This document shows, one piece after another, positions 11,372 through 21,615 of a stretch of 64,000 nucleotides of DNA. The position numbers and the translations under genes are program-made. The stretch lies in assembly GCF_006345805.1 (NCBI RefSeq), contig NC_043026.1, positions 6,324,001 through 6,388,000 of the forward strand, written 5' to 3'. Under the pieces are notes generated by a model. It worked only from the letters and a program-made list of their open reading frames with translations. It ran no database searches and was not told where the DNA came from. Positions within the stretch are counted from its first letter, which is position 1. Every line of letters begins with the position of its first letter. This DNA is from Octopus sinensis (taxonomy: Eukaryota).

Positions 11372-14320
11372 TCATCATCATCATTTAGCGTCCGCTTTCC
11401 ATGCTAGCATCGGTTGGACGGTTCAACTGGGGTCTGTGAAGCCAGAAGGCTGCATCAGGCTCAGTCTGATCTGGCAGTGTTTCTACGGCTGGATGCCCTT
11501 CCTAACGCCAACCACTCCGTGAGTGTAGTGGGTGCTTTTTATGTGCCACCCGCACAGGTGCTAGACAGAGCTGGCAAACGGCCACGGTCGGATGATGCTT
11601 AAACGAACATAGCCAATAAGATCCATGGTGATAGAGTCCCAAAAGGGCATCCAGCTGTAAAAACCCTGCCAAAACAGACACAGGTGTGGGGCAGTCTTCA
11701 GCCTGGTCAGCTCCTGTCCAACTGTCCAATCTATGCCAGCATGGAAGGCAGATGTTAAGTGATGACGATGACGATAATCGTAAGATACTATGGATATATT
11801 TCCATGGTGTGAAGGCGCGTGGCTCAGTGGTTAGAGCATCGAGCTTACGATCGTGAGGTTGTGAGCTCGAATCCTGGACTGGGCTGCGTGTTGTGTTCTT
11901 GAGCAAGACACTTTATTTTACGTTGCTCCAGTTCACTCAGCTGTAGAAATGAGTTGTGATGTCACAGGTGCCAAGCTGTATCGGCCCCTTTGCCTTTCCC
12001 TTGGACAACATCGGTGACGTGGAGGGGAAGGCCGGTATGCATGGGCGACTACTGGTCTTCCATAAAACAACCTTGCCCAGACTTGTGCTTCAGAGGGTAA
12101 CTCTCTAGGTGCAAACCCATGGTCAGTGTCTGACCGAAGGGGGTCACCATTTCCATGGTGAACTTTCTCCACAGTGAATTGATGGCAGTGAACTGACCTG
12201 TAGTGGACCTCAGCAGGACTTGAGTGGAGTTTGCAAAACAGCTGTGGCTAAAATACAACTACGTATTTATATTTGCCATTCCAGTGGGTCTGCCAGCCCC
12301 AGGGGGACATGAGGTACAAGACCAAGGCCTTCCCATGGCTCAGGCCTAGGTTCAATGAAGCAGAACAAAACAAAGTTCTGGCCATTCCATATGACAAGTT
12401 GTGATGGGAAGGAACGGCAGAAATAAAGACGAGGGGTGTTGCAGAGGTAAGGATGTGTCGTGGTGGAAAAACAGTGGTGGAAGGGTGCGGGTATGGTCAA
12501 GGGCAATCGAATAAGGATTTCTAACATAGCTACAAGGGGGCGTCGTCATCGTCTTAATTTAATGCCTGGAGGTGATGAGAAGTGACCGGGCCCTTTGGGG
12601 ATATGCTGTGCTAGAGAAGACTCGTCAAATCAAGTGAAATTGTGGTCATGGTCGTTGCAGATGTCATGTAAGTGGCACCCGTAAAATTGTAGTTGTGGCC
12701 CTTGCCGGTGTTGTGTAAATGGCACTTGTGCTGGTGGCACATAAAAGGCACCTGTTATCCTCTCAGAGTGGTTGGTGTTCGGAAGGGCATCCAGCCGTAG
12801 AAACCATGCCAAATCTGACCTAGTGTAGCTCTCTGGCTGACCAGTTTTCAGTCAAACTGTCCAACCCATGCCAGCATGGAAAGTGGATGTTAAATGATGG
12901 TGGTGGTGATGATGATGATGATGATGACCCATGTTGGCATGTGGGAGAGGCGGGTAGTTTGACAGGATCTGACCGGGGCCCATACTTCAATGCCCGGATG
13001 CTGTTTCCCTTTCCCACCCACCCACCCCTGCCCCCATTTTCCAATGCCAACCCCTTTTGCAGAGAGTATAGGGTGGCAACCCATCACGTTGACCTCCACC
13101 TCCACCTCTGGGGTTAATTCATTTTGCAGATACAAGAAGCTTGATAAACGATGGTTCCAGAAAAGATAAACAAAAAAAAAAAAAAGAAATTTAAAAAGAA
13201 AAAGAAAAAAAAAGAAGCAAAACAACATGAATATGATAAACAAAAATAAATAAAAAATTTTAAATAAAATAAATAAAACAAGAATTGGCAGGGAAATAGC
13301 AGAAGTGGTTTAAGTGTGTAGAAGGGGTCAGAGCTGCTCATGTTTGGACAAAGGGGGTGTTGAAAGATTTTGAATGCGGTGGGGGTGAAAGAGAGAGAGA
13401 GAGAGATAAAGACTGTGAGTGACACAGCATGAGGTGATGATGTTGGTGTTGGTAGTAGTGGTGGTGGTGGTGGTGGTAGTAGTAGTAGTAATTTGACCCC
13501 ACAAGGTCAGCCTTGACTGAGCAGATAGGGAACCTATCATCAAAGAAGGCGGGCACTCCAGGCACGACCATCCTGTCTCTTTTGTCGACACGCTGCTCTG
13601 TGCTGCGGGAGCCCCAGACAACATTATATGGCGCAACACTCTCGAAGGCGGCACGGTGTCATTCAAGAGAGATTTAGCTGCTATTTCATGCAGACCGTGT
13701 GAACATAGAGAGCAGTCGTGGGCAAACCGTGGCCCGGGTCACATCTCATGCGACCCAGCTCATGGTGAAGAAAGTCTGTCCAAATCTGGTGTAAAGGATT
13801 TCTCACCGGCTTCCCCCTCGTCTCCCAACGGTCAAAGTAGTGAGTGGTGGGGGGTGGGGGGGGTGATGGTGGTGGTTGGTGGAGATGGCATGGATGGGAC
13901 GAGAATACTTACTGTATTGCTGTCGACTTTTCCCTTGGCTGGGCTGCGCTCCTCCTCGGTCCCTGGGGACTGGTTCTCCCTCTCTGCGGGTAAGCTGGTC
14001 GGCAATTCAAACTGCGAGTCGAGGAACTCCTTACGCTTTTGACCCCTAATTTTCTCACGCTTGCTGTACTTCCTTGATGCCGATCTCCTAACGTAATCCA
14101 ACAGTTTCCGCCGTTCAGCAGTGTCGTGTTCGCTCCTCGCGTCTCGGTACAGCGACAGTATCCACCTGGCGGACTGCAGACACGAGACGTTGAGTCTCTT
14201 TGCATATTTCAAAATCTCAAAGACGAGGCCGACCTTCACCTTGTCGGGAGGGGTCAACGTGCCCGACTGCAAAGACTCTGGGGTCAGACCAACTTCAGCA
14301 GCATATGGTCCAAGTTCCAT
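300..14320 (-). CDS. POGZ/ZNF280: POGZ/ZNF280-family C2H2 zinc-finger protein, 7 coding exons in window (476 codons), 3' part lies beyond position 1
   Basis: All six introns are GT-AG with matching phases (0,1,0,1,1,0). The spliced protein has LELMMECEEDDLSPWQ (family N-terminal MECEEEELEPWQ motif), SPDVIIVGE (like the family's IFVGE motif), DEYYYGKMEG...RFKCWYCSKMLYNNVRTMMHMQGH and CKHCYKQFDTPFEMQTHIEK, matching the YYG..FKC..C.K.L.NN.RFM.HM.HH / CQHCY.QF.TPF.LQ.H zinc-finger cluster of POGZ/ZNF280. The paralogue cannot be resolved by eye. Confidence 0.9.
710..1040 (+). mobile_element. hAT-like DNA transposon / MITE 5' end fragment
   Basis: Starts CAGGGGTGGGGAAAC followed by the palindrome caggcacaattgtgcctg, an end structure typical of hAT elements. 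No partner end found. Confidence 0.4.
1140..1290 (-). mobile_element. SINE family B fragment (long-tail variant) next to a (TAA)n tract
   Basis: Contains the reverse complement of the family core tttgcctttcatccttt..gggtc.ataaattaagtaccag. (TAA)n at about 1056-1130. Confidence 0.8.
1364..1452 (-). CDS. POGZ/ZNF280: Coding exon 6 (NWVPLDEYYYGKMEG...EHRFK)
   Basis: Acceptor ttaccttcttctttcag|, donor AAG|gtaggc, 89 nt (phase 1 to 0). Contains the YYG motif that precedes the zinc fingers in this family. Confidence 0.92.
1557..2092. mobile_element. piggyBac-like MITE (family F) interrupted by a SINE
   Basis: TTAA|CCCTT...AAGGG|TTAA ends (TTAA at 1553-1556 and 2093-2096). Internal sequence matches copies at 25 kb, 31.5 kb and 52-53 kb. 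Confidence 0.8.
1741..2045 (+). mobile_element. tRNA-derived SINE family E, full length, nested in the MITE
   Basis: A box TGGCCCAGTGG, B box-like GGTTTCGATTCCC. Target-site duplication ATATAAGCAT at 1731-1740 and 2046-2055. A partial 3' copy lies at about 26140-26235. Confidence 0.85.
2377..2745 (+). mobile_element. tRNA-derived SINE family A, diverged copy
   Basis: Head GTGGCTGTGTGGTAAG...GGTTCAGTCCC, central (TG)n, 3' end GAAACAAGTAAAAG. About 25 full or partial copies in the window. Confidence 0.85.
2925..3305 (-). mobile_element. SINE family A, young full-length copy
   Basis: Near-identical to the copies at 7655-8048, 17521-17965, 25648-26045, 29575-29952, 37132-37528 and 39522-39930. 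Confidence 0.9.
3426..3728 (-). CDS. POGZ/ZNF280: Coding exon 5 (ENSSLSQQH...poly-N...PPKKKVQRK...DSSA)
   Basis: Acceptor ctttttctctctctcacag|GC, donor GCCG|gtcagt, 303 nt (phase 1 to 1). Contains an SV40-like basic NLS candidate PPKKKVQRK. Confidence 0.85.
3657..4080. repeat. Direct tandem duplication, 212-bp unit x2, spanning the exon-5 acceptor
   Basis: 3657-3868 and 3869-4080 align with only a few substitutions (e.g. gactggtca/gactagtca, gatatgg/gataagg). Confidence 0.95.
4170..4245 (-). mobile_element. Fragment of GGAGTC-repeat hAT-like MITE
   Basis: Ends GACTCCACAGCCCTG, the reverse complement of the 5' end of the element at 54807. Confidence 0.6.
4495..7325. repeat. About 2.8-kb complex tetranucleotide satellite (GACA/GCTA/GATA) in intron 4
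   Basis: Mosaic of tetramers. The rare landmark CACACAGGCAGCTA recurs at about 5497, 6271 and 7063. Confidence 0.95.
7433..7562 (-). CDS. POGZ/ZNF280: Coding exon 4 (SQLHANQLQRSS...GQMRKP)
   Basis: Acceptor ctccttcttttccttccag|, donor CCTG|gtaagt, 130 nt (phase 0 to 1), open frame. This frame differs from the one shown in the ORF track. Confidence 0.85.
7655..8048 (-). mobile_element. SINE family A, young full-length copy
   Basis: Same consensus as 2925-3305. Confidence 0.9.
8520..8925. repeat. (CA)n-based compound minisatellite (acacattttcacttacac... units)
   Basis: Repeated ACATTTTCACT motif embedded in CA runs, directly after the exon-3 donor. Confidence 0.85.
8931..9040 (-). CDS. POGZ/ZNF280: Coding exon 3 (LPRSKSPDVIIVGE...STQLLK)
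   Basis: Acceptor gttgttatctttcag|, donor AAG|gtaagt, 110 nt (phase 1 to 0). Confidence 0.9.
9180..9600 (-). mobile_element. Two SINE family B segments
   Basis: Family B core and 3' end (ctttactacccacaaggggctaaa) seen twice. Confidence 0.8.
9723..9939 (-). CDS. POGZ/ZNF280: Coding exon 2 (IMAKIKG...LELMMECEEDDLSPWQ...TTPA)
   Basis: Acceptor ctttcttttctcttccacag|ATAATG, donor GCTT|gtaagt, 217 nt (phase 0 to 1). Carries the MECEE motif. Confidence 0.92.
9985..10560 (-). mobile_element. Head-to-tail trimer of SINE family B (about 175-185-bp units)
   Basis: Junction GACGAAATAC|CTATTTC at about 10175 and 10350. Only the rightmost unit keeps the tRNA-like head. Confidence 0.9.
10850..11770. mobile_element. 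Cluster of SINE-like family C copies, (GAT)n tail with internal ~60-bp subrepeats
   Basis: Core GGAAGGGCATCCAGCTGTAGAAA and tail CATGCTAGCATGGAAA.CGGACGTTAAACGATGAT in both orientations. About 20 copies in the window. Confidence 0.8.
11807..12148 (+). mobile_element. tRNA-derived SINE family D with CORE-like domain
   Basis: A box TGGCTCAGTGG, B box GCTCGAATCC, then CTTGAGCAAGACACTT...CTCAGCTGTAGAAATG. An inverse partial copy lies at 46901-47160. Confidence 0.8.
13913..14320 (-). CDS. POGZ/ZNF280: Coding exon 1 (MELGPYAAEVG...GKVDSNT, 136 aa), unrecognised helical domain
   Basis: ATG at 14320 in aaaatcATGG context with an in-frame TAA 9 nt upstream. Acceptor ttttgcctccaag| at 14344 implies an upstream non-coding exon. 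Donor ACA|gtaagt at 13912 is phase 0 and matches exon 2. Confidence 0.8.
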
Positions 14321-14828
14321 GATTTTTTAATTGTCTTTGTAAACTTGGAGGCAAAATAAATAAAAAGGAAAATAAAAATAAAAGAAAATAATAAATAAAA
14401 AGAAACAAAGAAAAAATAATAAATAAATGGAAAAAAAACAAAAAAAATAATCACGTTTTTCTTCTTTTTTTTTCTTAAACTGCTACAAGGGTAACAAATG
14501 ATGGAACTTCACAAAGACGGAATAGGAAACGTGAAGAGGAAGGGCACACAGGAATCGGAGAAGCACGGAAGAGGGAAAGCAAAAAAAAAAAAAAAAGGTA
14601 TCTTTTACTTGAGCCAGACATTAGACTGCGGCCATGCTGGGGCACCACCTTAAAGAATTTTAGTCCATTGAATTGACAACCAGCACTTTAAAAAAAAAAA
14701 AAAAAGCCTAGTACATATTTACAGGTATCTTTTGATGAGCTGCTAAGTCACGGAGACATAAACACGCCAAAAGCAGTTTTCAGGCAAAGATGGGAGACAA
14801 ACATAGACACAAAGACACACACACACAA

Positions 14829-14867
<39 letters not shown>

Positions 14868-14879
14868 ACCAATCCTATG

Positions 14880-15295
14880 ACTGGCACCTGGCAGATGCCA
14901 GGACCCCTGGTACGTAAAAAGCACTATCCAAATCGTGGGTGATGCCAGCGCCGCCTCGACTGGCTTCCGTGTCGGTGTCACGTAAAAAGCACCATCCGAA
15001 TCGTGGCCGAAGCCAGTGCCGCCTTGAATGGCTTCCGTGCCAGTGGCACGTAAAATGCACCAATCCGATTGTGGCCGTTGCCAGCCTCGCCTGGCACCTG
15101 TGCCGGTGGCACGTAAAAAGCACCCACTACACTCACGGAGTGGTTGGCGTTAGGAAGGGCATCCAGCTGTAGAAACTCTGCCAGATCAGACTGGAGCCTG
15201 GTGCAGCCTTCTGGCTTCCCAGATCCCCAGTCGAACCGTCCAACCCATGCTAGCATGGAGAACGGACGTTAAACGATGATGATGATCATGATGAT
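14880..15295 (+). mobile_element. SINE-like family C copy with three ~60-bp internal subrepeats
   Basis: AAAAAGCACCATCCGA..GTGGCC..TGCCAG subrepeats followed by the conserved tail and (GAT)n. Confidence 0.85.
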
Positions 15296-15550
15296 ATATA
15301 ATGAGCTTCTTTCAGTTTCCATCTACCAAATCCACCCACAAGGCTTTTTTGATTGGCCTGAGACTACAATAGAAGACATTAGTCCTATGTGCCACGCAGT
15401 AGGACTGAACCTGGAACCTTCTGGTTGCAAACCAAACCTCTTACTCACAAATATATAGTGAGCATTAAACAAGGAACTCCACAGGTTTAAGATTTAGCCC
15501 AAGGGCTTCAAGAAGGGCACAAAGCAACAAACTTTGGGGAAGGAACCCAG

Positions 15551-15665
15551 TGAATTATACAGAGGTCAAATGCTAAGGACAGAGGTCAAATGCTAAAGGA
15601 TAGTGAATGATACAGAGGTCAAATGCTAACGATAGTGAATCATACAGAGGTCAAATGCCAAGGAC
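15551..15665. repeat. Short tandem repeat, ACAGAGGTCAAATGC core x4
   Basis: AGGTCA at 15563, 15583, 15616 and 15648. Confidence 0.85.
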
Positions 15666-15974
15666 AGGGTGTGACAAAAACTCCTCTTGCCTTGCATACA
15701 TGTGGCTGTGTGGTAAGAGGCTTGTGTCCCAACCATGTGGCACCTTGACCAAGTGTCTACAACAGCATCAGGCCAGCCAAAGCTTTGCGAGTGGATTTGA
15801 CAGACAGAAACTGAAAGAAGCCCATCATGTGTGTGCATTTGTCCGCCGCTACTTTCTGAAAACCGGTGCTGGTTTGTTTACACTCCCTATAACTTAGCAG
15901 TTTGGCAAAAGGGATGAATAGAATAACCACCAGGCTTGAAAACAAAAGAACAGTACTGGGGTTAATTCATTTGC

Positions 15975-16315
15975 GTCTGCCAGCCTCGTCTGGCACCTGT
16001 GTCGGTGGCACATAAAAACACCATCCGAGCGTGGCCGTCTGCCAGCCTCGTCTGGCACCTGTGTCGGTGGCACATAAAAACACCATCCGAGCGTGGCCGT
16101 TCGCCAGCCTCGTCTGGCACCTGTGTCGGTGGCACATAAAATCACCCACTACACTCTCGGAGTGGTTGGCGTTAGGGAGGGCATCCAGCTGTAGAAACAC
16201 TGCCAGATCTGACTGGCCTGGTGCAGCCTTCGGGCTTCCCAGACCCCAGTTGAACCGTCCAACCCATGCTAGCATGGAAAGCAGACGTTAAACGATGATG
16301 ATGATGATGATGAAA
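15975..16315 (+). mobile_element. SINE-like family C copy
   Basis: Subrepeats near-identical to each other, conserved tail, (GAT)n. Confidence 0.85.
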
Positions 16316-17023
16316 GAAACTCTTTGAGGTGCTGCCCCAGCATGGCCACAGTCTAATGACAAGAACAAGAGGAAAGATGAAGTATCTATAATATGGGTGG
16401 GGTTTTTTTTTAGCACCCTGTACTCAACTGGTACTTTATGTCATGAGTCATCAAAAAATGGAAAGAATAATGAAAGGCCGAGTCGACTTTGGAAGGATTT
16501 GAACTCAGATTGTAAAGCAGACACGACTAAACACTTCATGCTATTTTCTCCCAATGCTCTACAAATTTCAGCAATCCACCAGTCTAACAATAATAATAAT
16601 AATAACAACAACAACCTTTCCTAGTGTAAACACAAGTCCTGAAGATCGTAAGAGGAGGTGGGGTAGTCAATTGCACCCGGCACCCAGTGCACGGCAGGTA
16701 CTTATGGACGAGAACTTGGCAAGCATATTGTCCGCCAAGCTAATGATTCTGCCAGCTTACTGCCTTAACAATGACAACAACAGCAACAATAATAATGGTT
16801 TTGAATTTTGGCATGGAACCAACAATTTGTGGGGTAGGGGCTAAGTCAATTAGATCAACCCCAGCGTTCAACTGGTGCTTGTTATATGGATCCCAAAAGT
16901 ATGAAAGACTAAGTCTACCTTGGCAGAATTTGGACACAATACCCAAGGAAGTGTCACGAAGCATTTTACCTGTTATGCTAACAATTCAGCCAGCTCACCA
17001 ACTAGTATAATAATAATAATAAC

Positions 17024-17212
17024 AAAAACACCAGGACTTACAAACACATATAACATACAGAAAATTGCACTACTAGGCACTGCACACATCCTACGCAAAA
17101 CACTTTCCATACAATAACCATCAGAGCATCACAACAAATCACAGCACATACCCAAGGGACACAGAGCTGCGCTCGGTAGTGAAGTGAAAGCACGATATAA
17201 AAAATATACTAC
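17024..17212 (+). mobile_element. 3' end of an R4/Dong-type non-LTR retrotransposon inserted in (TAA)n
   Basis: Translates ...NIQKIALLGTAHILRKTLSIQ*, resembling the C-terminal IQK..LLGTA.ILRK.L motif of restriction-like-endonuclease LINEs. (TAA)n on both sides, the known Dong target. Confidence 0.7.
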
Positions 17213-17224
17213 TAAATAATAATA

Positions 17225-17255
<31 letters not shown>

Positions 17256-17520
17256 TGATAATAATAATAATAATAATCCTTTCTACAGGACGAACAAGGC
17301 CTCGAATTTGTGAGGAAGGGGGATAGTCGATTATATCGACCCCAGTGTATAACTGGTTCTTAATTTATTAACCTTGAAAGGATGAAATGCAAAGCTGACC
17401 TTGCCGGAATTTGAACTCAGAATGCAGCGACAGACAAAATACCACTAAGCATTTCGTCCAGTGTGCTAACGATTCTGCCAACTCACCATCTTCTATTATA
17501 ATAATAATAATAATAATAAT

Positions 17521-17965
17521 AGGCGCAACAGTGGCTGTGTAGTAAGTAGCTTGTCTACCAACCACATGGTTGCGGGTTCAGTCCCACTGCGTGGCATCTT
17601 GGGCAAGTGTCTTCTGCTATAGCTCCGGGCCAACCAATGCCTTGTGAGTGGATTTGGTAGACGGAAACTGAAAGAAGCCTGTCGTATATATGTATGTGTG
17701 TGTATATGTTTGTCCCCCAAGCATGTCGTATATATATATATGTATGTGCGTGTATGTTTGTGTGTCTGTGTTTGTCCCCCTAGCATTGCTTGACAACCAA
17801 TGCTGGTGTGTTTACGTCCCCGTCACTTAGCGGTTCGGCAAAAGAAACCGATAGAATAAGTACTGGGCTTACAAAGAATAAGTCCCGGGGTCGAGTTGCT
17901 CGATTAAAGGCGGTGCTCCAGCATGGCCGCAGTCAAATGACTGAAACAAGTAAAAGAGAAAAGAA
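17521..17965 (+). mobile_element. SINE family A, young full-length copy
   Basis: Complete head, middle, microsatellite spacer and 3' half. Confidence 0.9.
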
Positions 17966-18469
17966 AAGAGAGTAATCCTTTCTAGTAAAGGCACAAGGGT
18001 CTGAAATTTTGGGAGATGGAGATTTAGTCGATTACATTGACCCCAGTACTTGACAGGTACCCAGAAAGGATGAAAGGCAAAGTAGACCTCGGCAGAATTT
18101 GAACTCAGAACGTGAAGACAGACTGAACACCACTCAGCATTTTGCCCAGACGTGCTAACGACTCTGCCAGCTCCCCCTACCTTAATAATAATAATAATAA
18201 TAATAATAGCAATAATAGTAATAATAATATGACAGAGGGCCTGAGATTCCACACAGGCAAATGTAAACACACAAAACCAAGTACTTGGGAATACATAAAC
18301 ACACACACAGAAACAAAGGCACAGAAGTAAATACGTACACATATGCACACATATACAGGAAGATGGTCAAACACAAGCATACAGACACACACAGAGAAAA
18401 AGGCACATACACACATACATATACCAAAACACATATACACACAGGCGTACATACACACACAAAAAAACT

Positions 18470-18870
18470 GACATGCACACACACACAGAAACTGGCATGC
18501 ACACACACGCAGAAACTGACACACACACACACACACAGAAACTAGCACACACACACACACACAGAAACTGGCATGCACACACACACACACACAGAAACTG
18601 GCATGCACACACACACACACACACAAAAACTGGCATGCACACACACACACAGAAACTGGCATACACACACACACACACTGAAACTGGCATACACACACAC
18701 ACACACAGAAACTGGCATACACACACACACACACAGAAACTGGCATACACACACACACACACACAGAAACTGGCATGCACACACACACACACACACAGAA
18801 ACTGGCATGCACACACACACACACACAGAAACTAGCATACACACACACACACAGAAACTGGCATACAGAG
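18470..18870. repeat. Compound minisatellite AGAAACTGGCAT(G/A)C(AC)n, about 13 units
   Basis: Direct reading. It explains the HT/CV-rich ORFs in the track. Confidence 0.9.
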
Positions 18871-19094
18871 AGAGAGAGAGAGAGAGAAAGAGAATTAGTG
18901 CACGCGTACGCACACACAAAAAACATACATGGGCATACACACACACACACATACAAGACAGATAGTTCGGTGGGGGGGGGGGAGACCTTGAAATGAAGTG
19001 GAATTCAACAAGATTGTGTGTGCGGTTGTGTGTGCTGCAACTACTGCAGTGAGTCAGAGAGGGAAGTCTGAGCTGATCTGACAGCTGGAATGTG

Positions 19095-19143
<49 letters not shown>

Positions 19144-20222
19144 GAGAGAGAGAGAGTAGCAAGGGAGGGGGAGAGGGGAGAGGAGAGGAGGGAAAACACA
19201 GACAGCTGCAATGTAGGCGAGAGAGGTGGGGAGAGGAGAAGGGCAAGAGAGAGAAAAAGTAAGGAGAGAAAGAGAGAGGGAGAGGAAGGCGAGTACAGCC
19301 TGCAATGGTAAAAGAGGAAGTCCCTTTTTATAAAAGGGAACCAGATTTGTCAAAAAGCACTTAAAGAGATGGGAACTGGGGAATTTTAATACAATATGGA
19401 GTTGATTGATAGACAAAACCAGAGGGAGAGGGAGAGAGGGGGAGAGAGAGAGAGGGAGAGAGGAAGAGAGAGGGAGAGGGAGAGAGAGGAGTGCAGCTTT
19501 GGCAGACACATTATTCAAATGGCTGAATAAAACAGATGAAAGCTTTTTTAACAATTACACAGACACATATGTATATATGCATATATATACACACATATAT
19601 ACACATACATACACACACACATAGACACAGACACATATATATACACACACATATATACACACACACATATAGATACACACATATACACACACACACATAT
19701 ATATATACACACACACACATATATATACACACAAATATACACACACACACATACATAGACACACACACACACATAGATATATACACATACACACATGCAT
19801 ATAATATACATACATGTATATGTATTATGTATGTCTGTGTTTGAGCTCCACCGACGCTTGACATTCAGTGATGGTGTTTACACTCCTGTAACTTAGCGGT
19901 TCAGCAAAAAGTACACCAACAGAATAAGTACTACTAGGCTTGCAAAAAAATAAGTCCTGGGGTCCATTTGTTCGACTAAAAGGCACTGCTCCAGCATGGC
20001 CAGTCAAATGATGGAAACAAGTAAAATATACACACACACACATAGATAGACACACAAACATATATACACACACACTTAAACACACACACACATATATGCA
20101 TTTGTATGGAAAGAATTATAACTAACACAGTGTTAATATTTATAAGCGTAATGTGTTTTCTATACTATAATAAAACGTGTAACGCGGAATGAAAAATGTA
20201 CAAAACTTAGCCATCTTTATAT

Positions 20223-20548
20223 ACATTATAAGCGGAAAGTGTAACCTCTCGAAAGAGCTGTTCTTCACTCCTGCTCCAGAGCGTCGGCTGCGGGGTCACT
20301 CCGAAAAGCTCTATCTGCGACGATTTCATCTCAATCAAAGGAGAGGGGCTTTCTCCGTCCGGGCTGCGGATCTGTGGAATAAGCTGCCCGACGAGATGGT
20401 GGAGATGCCGACGATCGCTCGGTTCAAAGTCTCCCTTGACCACAAGTGGCCTGAACTCTTTACATGAACACCACCCTGTACATTACTCCATGTCCCCCTA
20501 CATGGCCTTGCTTTTTGAGCCAAAAAATTAACTAACTAACTAACTAAC
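20223..20548 (+). mobile_element. CR1-type LINE 3' fragment with (TAAC)n tail
   Basis: Encodes ...LRGHSEKLYLRRFHLNQRRGAFSVRAADLWNKLP...KWPELFT*. Closely matches 49141-49467. Confidence 0.85.
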
Positions 20549-20566
20549 ATATACACACACAAGTTT

Positions 20567-20599
<33 letters not shown>

Positions 20600-21185
20600 A
20601 ACATACAAATGTATGCCCACACACAAAGATACATACATTTACACATATATAAGTATACGTATATAAACACACAGATGCATTTGTAAGTAAATATGTGTGT
20701 GTATGTGCAGATACATACACACACACAGATGATACTGAAGCACCCAAATGTGAGTGCATTGCACCTTGCAGCAGAAACAGCTTTAAGCTAATGTATGGTT
20801 CATAACAAAATTGTTCGTTCCCTTTGTCGTCCCAGGTTTTTACATATGTAAATAATATATATATAGGTGCAGGAGTGGCTGTGCGGTAAGAAGCTTGCTT
20901 CCCAAACAGATGGTTCTAGGTTCAGTCCCACTGCGTGACACCTTGGGCAAGTGTCTTCTGCTATAGCCTCAGGCAGACCAAAGCCTTGAGAGTGGATTTG
21001 GTTGACGGAAACTGAAAGAAGCCTGTCGTATATATGTGTCATCATCATCAACGTTTAACGTCCGTTTTTCCATGCTAGCATGGGTTGGACAGTTCGACCG
21101 GGGTCTGGGAAGCCAGGAGGCTGCACCAGGCTCCAGTCTGATCTGGCAGTGTTTCTACAGCTGGATGCCCTTCCTAATGCCAACC

Positions 21186-21304
21186 ACTCATGCTTTTTAC
21201 TTAAAGAAAATAACAAGCTACATAATGCAAAATTTTTACTTTCCAAAAATTCCAATTCTAAAGGGTCGAAACAAACCCGAGCAACACCGGGCGATTCTGC
21301 TAGT
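21186..21304 (-). mobile_element. Helitron-like non-autonomous element 5' fragment
   Basis: Reverse complement of the ACTAGCAG.ATCGCCCGG..TTGCTCGGG start of the element at 46524. Confidence 0.6.
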
Positions 21305-21615
21305 TCTTCATCATTTTCAAAACTGTATTTTAACATGTGTAAGGAAGCCATTTTTTTTTTTTGTCAAAAATTAGGTCTAAAAAATATGGGAGTTTTTTAT
21401 ACCTAGATAGTATGATAATCCCTTATAAAAACCCTTTTTCCAAATATTAAGCCCCAAAAATTAGGGGGTTCCTTATTCACATTAAAATACGGTAATTGAA
21501 ACAAAGGCAGTGGGTTTCAAGAGAAATATGGTAACAAAAGGGTTAAAGTGATCTAAATGAAACCCTTTAATTTATGTTCCAAACACCAGATTAACTAATG
21601 ACAAAGTTATTCTAC

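Noticed and set aside
12197-12258. Possible extra exon LYFSHSCFANSTQVLLRSTTG between coding exons 1 and 2
   Set aside because: Weak acceptor, and it ends in phase 1 whereas exon 2 needs phase 0.
19300-19345. TATAAAAG with adjacent GGAAGT as a promoter
   Set aside because: Short motifs within low-complexity purine-rich DNA, with no supporting exon structure.
18177-19864. Long ORFs rich in CV/HT/YI (also 37778-38488, 40695-41081, 45224-46154, 50043-51506, 62854-63339)
   Set aside because: Stop-free translations of microsatellites with no splice or homology support.
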